From Octopus vulgaris (Eukaryota), in NCBI GenBank assembly GCA_951406725.2, contig OX597819.1, positions 39,494,001 to 39,558,000 on the forward strand: DNA of 64,000 bases. The letters run 5' to 3'. Numbering within the stretch: the stretch's first letter is position 1; every line of letters begins with the position of its first letter. This document shows positions 56,113-64,000 of this stretch, one piece after another. Under the pieces are notes generated by a model, which saw nothing but the letters and a program-made list of their open reading frames with translations, made no database searches and was not told where the DNA came from. The position numbers and the translations under genes were made by a program.

Positions 56113-56773
56113 TTGGGCTGGTGCATAATTATTGCAGCTTTTTTGCAACAAATTTTATTAAAAAAAAAAACAGGAGTGGCTGTGTGGTAAGTAGCTTGCT
56201 AACCAACCACATGGTTTCGGGTTCAGTCCCACTGCGTGGCATCTTGGGCAAGTGTCTTCTGCTATAGCCCCGGGCCGACCAATGCCTTGTGAGTGGATGT
56301 GGTAGATGGAAACTGAAAGAAGCCTGTTGTATATATATATATATATATATGTATATGTATGTATGTGTATGTGTTTGTGTGTCTGTGTTTGTACCCCTAG
56401 CATTGCTTGACAACCGATGCTGGTGTGTTTACGTCCCCGTCACTTAGCGGTTCGGCAAAAGAGACCGATAGAATAAGTACTGGGCTTACAAAGAATAAGT
56501 CCTGGGGTCGATTTGCTCGACTAAAGGCGGTGCTCCAGCATGGCCGCAGTCAAATGACTGAAACATGTAAAAAGAGGAAAAAGAGGAAAAAGAGAGAGTA
56601 ATCTTTAAATGGTTATTTCGGAGCATATTCACTATCTACTTCAATTACTGCTACTCATTTGTTTGGTAGACGGCCAGACCGTCATTTAAAGATGTTTTTG
56701 TTAAATATTGTCATTGCTTTTGTTGAATAAAATTTGTTGAAAAAAAAACTGCAGTAATTATGCACCAACCCAA
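56113..56773. mobile_element. Mariner-type MITE (TA TSD) interrupted by SINE A (56172-56600, +)
   Basis: TA-TTGGGCTGGTGCATAATTATTGCAG ... CTGCAGTAATTATGCACCAACCCAA-TA, resembling Hsmar1-type ITRs. Confidence 0.85.
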
Positions 56774-56808
56774 TATTATTGTACTTCAGAATTCATTTGC
56801 TGTATCGA

Positions 56809-56872
<64 letters not shown>

Positions 56873-57384
56873 AAAGAAAAAAGAAAGAGAGAAAGAAAAA
56901 TAGCTGAACTTAATTTGAAATTTACGTACAGGTTGAAATATTCAGAACTATCCTAAGTTATCTTTTTATTTGCGAAAATAACTAATGCAGTTATTTGTGT
57001 AACTACAGCTGCCGCTACATCGTCGGCCATTCGTTGATTATTCTGTTATTAGAAAACGTTTAGTTGTAGCCATTTCCAACGATGTGTTGTTTGTGTTTGT
57101 ACACATCCTCCTACGTACAAATCCGGGCAACAATTTACCCATTCACGTACGACCACGAACAGTCGTTCACAGTCGTTCGGTGAGTATCTTTTGTAGCAAT
57201 ATAAATTTTCAGTCTATTGGTTATTCGATTTTGATGCAAGGGACGGAATTGTCTGGTCAAGAATCTGCTAATTTCTGGGGTCTCCCCACCCCCCGCTAGT
57301 GATGACAGAAATGAAATATAAGAGTTTTATGCACTCTAATATCTTTTTTCCTTTTCATTTCCTCCCAGTTCCGTTATAGGATAA

Positions 57385-57640
57385 AAAAAGGTAAAGTTCC
57401 TTTCCGAGTCATGTAAGACTCATGGGGCCGGTTTCCCGGTTTCCATGGTGTATATATTACCCACCAAGGACGGACACCAGTCCGTCCCAGGATTACTCAT
57501 TTTTGCCGGATGAGTGGACTGGAGCAACGGGATAAGAAGTGTTTTGCTCAAGAGCACAAAGCGTCACCCGGTCTAGGAATCGAAACCACAATCTTATGAT
57601 CATGAGTCCAACATCCTAACCACTAAGCCACACACCTCCC
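57385..57640 (-). mobile_element. SINE family D-type
   Basis: tRNA head GTGGCTTAGTGGTTAGG on the minus strand. Confidence 0.75.
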
Positions 57641-57724
57641 CTTTCCAGGTGAGTAGACTAGAGCAACGTGAACTGAAGTGCTTTGGTTCAACTATTATAG
57701 AGTCATTATTTGTTGTCTATCAAA

Positions 57725-57900
57725 AGGCGGCGATCTGGAAGAATCGTTAGCACTCTGGGCGAAATGTTTAGCGGTATTTCGCCCGTTGCTACGTTCTGAG
57801 TCCAAATTCCGCCGAGGTCGACTTTTGCCTTTCATCCTTTCGATGTCGATAAAATAAGTACCAGTTGAATAATGGGGCCGGTGTTAATTGACTAGCCCCT
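57725..57900 (+). mobile_element. SINE family B
   Basis: Consensus match. Confidence 0.8.
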
Positions 57901-58315
57901 CCCCCTTACTGCCCTTGATGTGAAGAATTTAAATATATTTTGGAAGGTGCATTATCTAGTTATCATACAAATCGTTCGTAGGTGTTTTTAAACTTTCTAA
58001 TTTGCGTAATGTCTTTTGTAGTCCAACCATCTGGAGCAATATTTTTCCACTATTCAGTAAAACAGTTTGTTTGTGGTTGTAAGTAAAAGATCTTTCATTA
58101 TTTATCTACTTTCTGGCCGTTTATAATGAACCCCATCATGTCTAACAACTATTTAAAGGAAGGCTTCAAGAAAACTTCTTTCTTTAACACCAACTCCCCA
58201 AACCATTCACATAGATCTATGTACATGACCTGAAAAGTTCACACACACATACACACGCACACGCACTCTCACTTACTCACTCACTCATTCACTCATTCAG
58301 TCTCTCTCTCTCTCT

Positions 58316-58380
<65 letters not shown>

Positions 58381-58381
<1 letters not shown>

Positions 58382-58781
58382 TCTTTACTCTTTTACTTGT
58401 TTCAGTCATTTGACTGCGGCCATGCTGGAGCACCGCCTTTAGTCGAGCAAATCGACCCCGGGACTTATTCTTTGTAAGCCCAGTACTTATTCTATCGGTC
58501 TCTTTTGCCGAACCGCTAAGTGACGGCGACGTAAACACACCAGCATTGGTTGTCAAGGAGTGCTAGGGGGACAAACACAGACATACAAACATACACACAC
58601 ATATATATATATATACATATATACGACGGGCTTTCAGTTTCCGTCTACCAAATCCACTCACAAGGCTTTGGTCGGCCCGAGGCTATAGTAGAAGACACTT
58701 GCCCAAGATGCCACGCAGTGAGACTGAACCCGGAACCATGTGGCTGGTAAGCAAGCTACTTACCTCACAGCCACTCCTGCG

Positions 58782-58785
<4 letters not shown>
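58381..58785 (-). mobile_element. SINE family A, full length
   Basis: Consensus match. Confidence 0.9.
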
Positions 58786-58818
<33 letters not shown>

Positions 58819-59461
58819 CTTACACACATACATGCACTCACAAGCGGATTTTCCCTTCGTGAAGTGTGTAATATAATTGAAATTCGCTTTACTCATTTCG
58901 TTAAATATAACACACACATAACTAATTGCTCTGCATGCAGCGGATGTCCTTAAGGATTTTTCTGCAACCATTTAATTAAGTTTGGAAATGTACAAAAGCA
59001 GTAAACACTGGTAGTCTGGAAACAAGAGCTTTATCGCAATTGTTTGACCTACTAAATGTAAATTCCAGATCTATAAATGGAAACAATTAATAATTTTCAT
59101 ATAATTTAAATTCCAAATTTGAGAACAACGTCCGACATATATAAAATCACCATGTTTGTAGCCGGGGCAGGAGCGGTAACGACAGCAGGGTCTCAGATGT
59201 CGGAATAGTGTTGCAGTTTGAGTCTTAATTGAGTATTATTGACTGTTGGGAGCTGAAGCAATTTCTAATCCGGAAGTGGAAAACCAATCTTTGAGTATCA
59301 TTTGCTATGTTATAGACGTAAAAGCAACAAAGGTGATCATTTACTTTTGTGAGGCTTTACCTTTATTATGACTTCGAGTGTTTTAGCTGCGTGCTGTCAA
59401 CGACTTGAAGGTGATGGGTTCAAGATCGTTTTCGTGCTATGTATAGTGAGTTTGCCTTTGT

Positions 59462-59680
59462 GCGGCGAGCTTGGCAGAATCGTTAGCCCGCCAGGCGAAA
59501 TGCTTAGAGATATTTCGTCTATCGCTACGTTCTGAGTTCAAATTCCGCCGAGGTCGACTTTGCCTTTCATCCTTTCGGGGTCGATTACGCAATGGGGTCG
59601 ATTATATCGGCTTAATCTGTTTGTCTGTCCTTGTTTGCCCTCTCTGTGTTTAGCCCCTTGTGGGTAGTAAAGAAATAGAT
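59462..59680 (+). mobile_element. SINE family B
   Basis: Consensus match. Confidence 0.85.
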
Positions 59681-60390
59681 ATTAAAGAAGATAAAATTCG
59701 TGCAACTTCTAACCTTCCCCCAAATTAGAGGATGTTGATTTTAAGGCTTCATTTATGAGCGCATTGCAGGTTTGGCGTGAGGTGTCACGGTTGAATATGA
59801 ACGATGATTGTGTGTGTAATTTTTCGGGAGAAATGAATGAAGGTACGATATGCATAGAAGTGAGTGCTGTTGGATGTGACGGAAATGCACAGGAAGAAGC
59901 GTACTTTGGTGCACACTTGTGTACTTTGATGCACATTAGCGTACATTGATGCACATTAGTGTACTTTGATGCACATTAGCGGGTCAGATAGAGAATGAGA
60001 ATTTCATTAGTATAAACTGAGATGGTTTAGATTTGATGGGAAGCTTCGGATCCAAGAAGCCTGAGATAGACAGAATGCATTTCTCTTCTTTTGGCTCGTG
60101 AGACGAGATCTCTTAGTTCAGCAAACAGTTTAGATTGGAACTTCTAGACATGGCCCAATGATTTGATGATGTCAATATTGTTTAACTCAGTTTAAACATA
60201 GAGTATACATAGCAGCTTCATTAGTTCTAAACATTATTCCGGGGGATACACACCACGAATCATCTCCTAAGTGTAGACGTACATTCACATTTTCGCGAAA
60301 CTGCACCCTACACATTGAATAATGTTGTATGGCACGAGCTACTGCCGAAAAAGATTAATCTGGTCGCTCAGATTTGATCAGAAGCTAACC

Positions 60391-60455
<65 letters not shown>

Positions 60456-60469
60456 TAATAATAATAATA

Positions 60470-60704
60470 GGAAGTGCAAAAAATCGTGTTAACTGGAACG
60501 ACTCATGTACTGAGAAGAGCATTATCGCTGTGAAAACAACATTAATGAATGCATTAATTATTTATTTATTTTTTAAATACATATTTTACCTGTGAATTTG
60601 CGTGTGTAATCTGGGAATGTATACAATGAGCTTATCTGCCCTAGGTGTACGGAAAACACTCGGCGAGAAATGGAAGAAAATTTGAAGAAAGAAGGAAAAA
60701 AAGC
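60470..60704 (+). mobile_element. R4/Dong-like non-LTR retrotransposon extreme 3' end inserted in (AAT)n
   Basis: EVQKIVLTGTTHVLRRALSL* matches the QK.VL.GT..ILR C-terminus of R4-clade elements; (AAT)n on both sides. Confidence 0.7.
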
Positions 60705-60822
<118 letters not shown>

Positions 60823-61267
60823 CCAATGGGTTTTTTACTCAGTGATTGTAGTGGAATACATCGTTGGGCAAGCTTCGATCTCATTTAAGACAGATAGACA
60901 GACAGAAGCAACCAAAACGCCAACAGAGCTTGTATCACTCAGGCCATGACGATCTTGCTTTCCCAGCTCATCAACTGTGAGAAGCACAGGAGCTATAGTG
61001 TGTGATAAAAAGTTTGCTAGGCGCAGGTGTAGCTGTAAGGTAAGAAGTTTGCTCCTCAACCATATGGTTCCGGGCCACAGTCTAATGATTGAACCAAGTA
61101 AAAGATAAATGATCTTGAAAATGCTGCACACAATGTAAGTCTGTTTCTCAATGAAAAGAAAACTGAACACATGTCTATTAATAAGGATAAAATAAGTTTA
61201 AAAAACATCTGGCAATTAAGTATTTAAAATTGAATGCATATAAATGCTTATATTTATATTTTAACAT

Positions 61268-61573
61268 ATCACGTGATCACGTGACCGACCAGTCCATCAG
61301 ATGTAGTTACACATCGCTGGTCACAATGCGTTCGCATTGTTTTAGCCTTCGAATGACGCCACCCCGCTGGCTAAGCGAGCAGGCCAACAGAAGAAAGAGT
61401 GGGAGAAAGAGTGGTGAGAGAGTACAGCAGGGATCACCACCCCCTGCCAGAGCCTCGTGGAGCTTTTAGGTGTTTTTGCTCAATAAACACTCACAACGCC
61501 CAGTCTGGGAATCAAAACCGCGATCCTACGACCGCGAGTCCGCTGCCCTAACCACTGAGCCATTGCGCCTCCA
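61268..61573 (-). mobile_element. SINE family C
   Basis: Consensus match. Confidence 0.88.
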
Positions 61574-61651
61574 CATTTTAACATATAGTAACCGATATTT
61601 AAATCAAACAAAAACCAGATCTCAGTACTAATAGCTTGAATAATTAATTAA

Positions 61652-62040
61652 TGCTGGCAGAAACGTTAGCACGCCGGGCGAAATGCGTAGCCGTATTTCG
61701 TCTACCGTTACGTTCTGAGTTCAAATTCCGCCGAGGTCGACTTTGCCTTTCATTCTTTCGGGGTCGATTAAATAAGTACCAGTTACGCACTGGGGTTGAT
61801 ATAATCGACTTAATCCGTTTGTCTGTCCTTGTTTGTCCTGTCTGTGTTTAGCCCCTTGTGGGTAGTAAAGAAATAGGTATTTCGTCTGCCGCTACGTTCT
61901 GAGTTCAAATTCCGCCGAGGTCGACTTTGCCTTTCGTCTTTCGGAGTCGATAAATTAAGTACCATTTGCGTACCGGGGTCGATGTAATCGTCTGTTTCCC
62001 TCCTCAAAAATTTCGGGCCTTGTGCCAAGAGTAGAAAAGA
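61652..62040 (+). mobile_element. SINE family B dimer
   Basis: Consensus match. Confidence 0.85.
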
Positions 62041-62329
62041 AAATAGACGAGTTGCTGAACAGTTCCTGGCTTTGGGTAACAGAAAATACAGAAAGATCAG
62101 TTAATTATGATTTTATTCAGCATACTTCCCTCTCAGATCCACACTTATTGCAGCAGTCCTTCATTTTTCCTAAGCCCTGTAAAAGAACTCAGAAGGTTGG
62201 ACCTCCAGCCAGGCATTTCGCGACACCTTTAAAACAAGGAACTTTTCATTCCCTCCTCGTATTATGGAGAAGATAGTGTATACTATAAAATGTTATTATT
62301 GGTATTAATACTATAAAAATTAATTTAAG

Positions 62330-62865
62330 ATTTAGTTCAACTAAAACTTTTGAAGCTCTTGCTGTGAAATAAAAAACAGATATAAACACATCTTGTTATA
62401 CCCTTAAAGAACAAGAAAAGTGAGATTACGATGAGCTCACTCAGGGTTAGTTGACTCTTCTCTATGGACCCAAAACTCGAACAATGAAGAAAGAGCTTAA
62501 TGATCGCCTTGACGGTATGCTGACCAGATTTTACATGAGAGATCAAAGCATCGCAAGGCCAAAGAGGAGATTTAGGGAAACATCCCACCCATCTCTATTA
62601 TTTTTGTTTAACGAAGGGTAGGCTTTGGTATCCACTGCTATAGTGCTGAACTACAAGCTATAATGGATGTTATATTTTGGAGATTTTTGCGCTCTAGACG
62701 AGGACGAAGACCACTCGGCTACCTTTATGTTATTTGCAAAGACATACAACATAAAATTGAGGACCTACAAAAGACACTGGAGGACAGGGGTTCCTGGCCC
62801 GGCGTTATGAAAAGCGTCTTGGTTGCGACCAATCGAAGAAGGTATCCTCCATCATCATCATCATA
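62330..62865 (+). pseudogene. Decayed RTE-type LINE 3' end
   Basis: KKELNDRLDG...GNIPPIS...DVIFW...RRGRRPLGY..VICKD...IEDL...EDRGSW, then (CAT)n. Confidence 0.65.
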
Positions 62866-62939
62866 AACTCAGCCTGCCATTATCAGCGGCATCAGCATCA
62901 AGAAACGGCGCTGGTATTAATTCTACCACTCTGACAATT

Positions 62940-63645
62940 ACTCGAACCTGTACAATTACCACCACCCACATCACTATCACTAGCACCACCATGAATTCCA
63001 CCGCGCCACCATCGCCACCACCACCGTCACAGTCGCCACCGTTCCCATCGCCACTGCTCCCATCGCCACCACTCCCACCGCCACCGCTATCAGTTGCTGC
63101 CTTTACCGCCGCCATCTTTGCTGCCGTCACAGCAACCGCCGTCTACAATAACAACCAAAACCACCACCACCACCACCACCACTACCACCACCACCACCAC
63201 TACCACCACCGCCACCACCACCACCACCACTACCACAACCACCACCGCCACCACCACCACCACCACCACCACCACAACCACTACCACAACCACCACCACC
63301 TCCATATCCGCTACCACTACAACCACCACATCACCTATATGACAAGTTTAACAGCTTCACCATTGACACCATCATCATCACCACCATCATCGTTATAACG
63401 ACTACCACAACCACCACTATCACCACTACCACCACCACCACTATCACCACCACTACCACCACCACACTAACCAAAACCACCACCATCAACACAATCACTT
63501 CCAACAACAACAACCACAACCACCATCATCACCACCATCAACCTCACCACCAATATCCACTCTGCCATCTGCACCCTCTCGCTAGTAATACTACTACCAC
63601 CATCATAACCACTCCTTTTCTTTTTTAAGCAAATGCATCGTTACC

Positions 63646-63677
<32 letters not shown>

Positions 63678-64000
63678 CAACAACAGCAATCACAAACATT
63701 CTCACCACCGCCGCCACTGCTCATCACCGACACCACCACCACCACCACCACCACTACTATCACTCCAATCTGCATCATCACCACTAGCATCATCACCACT
63801 AGCATCCCCACCACCGCCACCACCACCACCACCATCATCATCACTACCATCACCATAACCACCGCTAACATCCACACCATTATCATCAAAACAATGCCAC
63901 CACAACCACCACCACCACAATCACCACTACCACCACCACAATCACTATTACCATCACCATCACCATCACCATCGTTATAATTACCATTACCATAATTACC
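62940..64000. repeat. Degenerate (ACC)n/(CAT)n/(CAA)n low-complexity field
   Basis: Direct reading. Confidence 0.92.

Noticed and set aside
59900-59981. ~20-bp tandem repeat GTACTTTGATGCACATTAG (CRISPR-like at first sight)
   Set aside because: No spacers, eukaryotic context; minisatellite, possibly within a decayed LINE that I could not confirm
62823-63980. His/Thr/Pro-rich ORFs
   Set aside because: (ACC)n-type repeats following an RTE remnant

Overview
AT-rich, microsatellite-saturated eukaryotic DNA. The tRNA-derived SINE families resemble those of Octopus/coleoid cephalopods (inference from recalled repeat families, not a search). I find no intact protein-coding gene, and almost all ORF-track entries are translations of (TA)n/(TG)n/(CATA)n/trinucleotide repeats or SINEs. 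The window is a mosaic of four SINE families (labelled A-D here) and decayed autonomous-element fragments: two Penelope-like (PLE) GIY-YIG endonucleases, a CR1 LINE 3' end, an RTE 3' end, an R4/Dong-like 3' end in (AAT)n, two mariner transposases and two gag/ORF1-type remnants. MITEs and Helitron-like ends are also present. The most striking hidden layer is a set of several unrelated short repeat families that carry minimal type-I hammerhead-ribozyme motifs, sit in or against (TA)n tracts and form tandem or inverted duplications. The clearest is a 360-bp retrozyme/pLTR-like unit at 7862-8865. Also notable: a two-hairpin locus behind a splice acceptor (31590-32389), an ORF1-only element that shares its 3' tail with a self-tandemising SINE, and three unique islands with a shared motif grammar.
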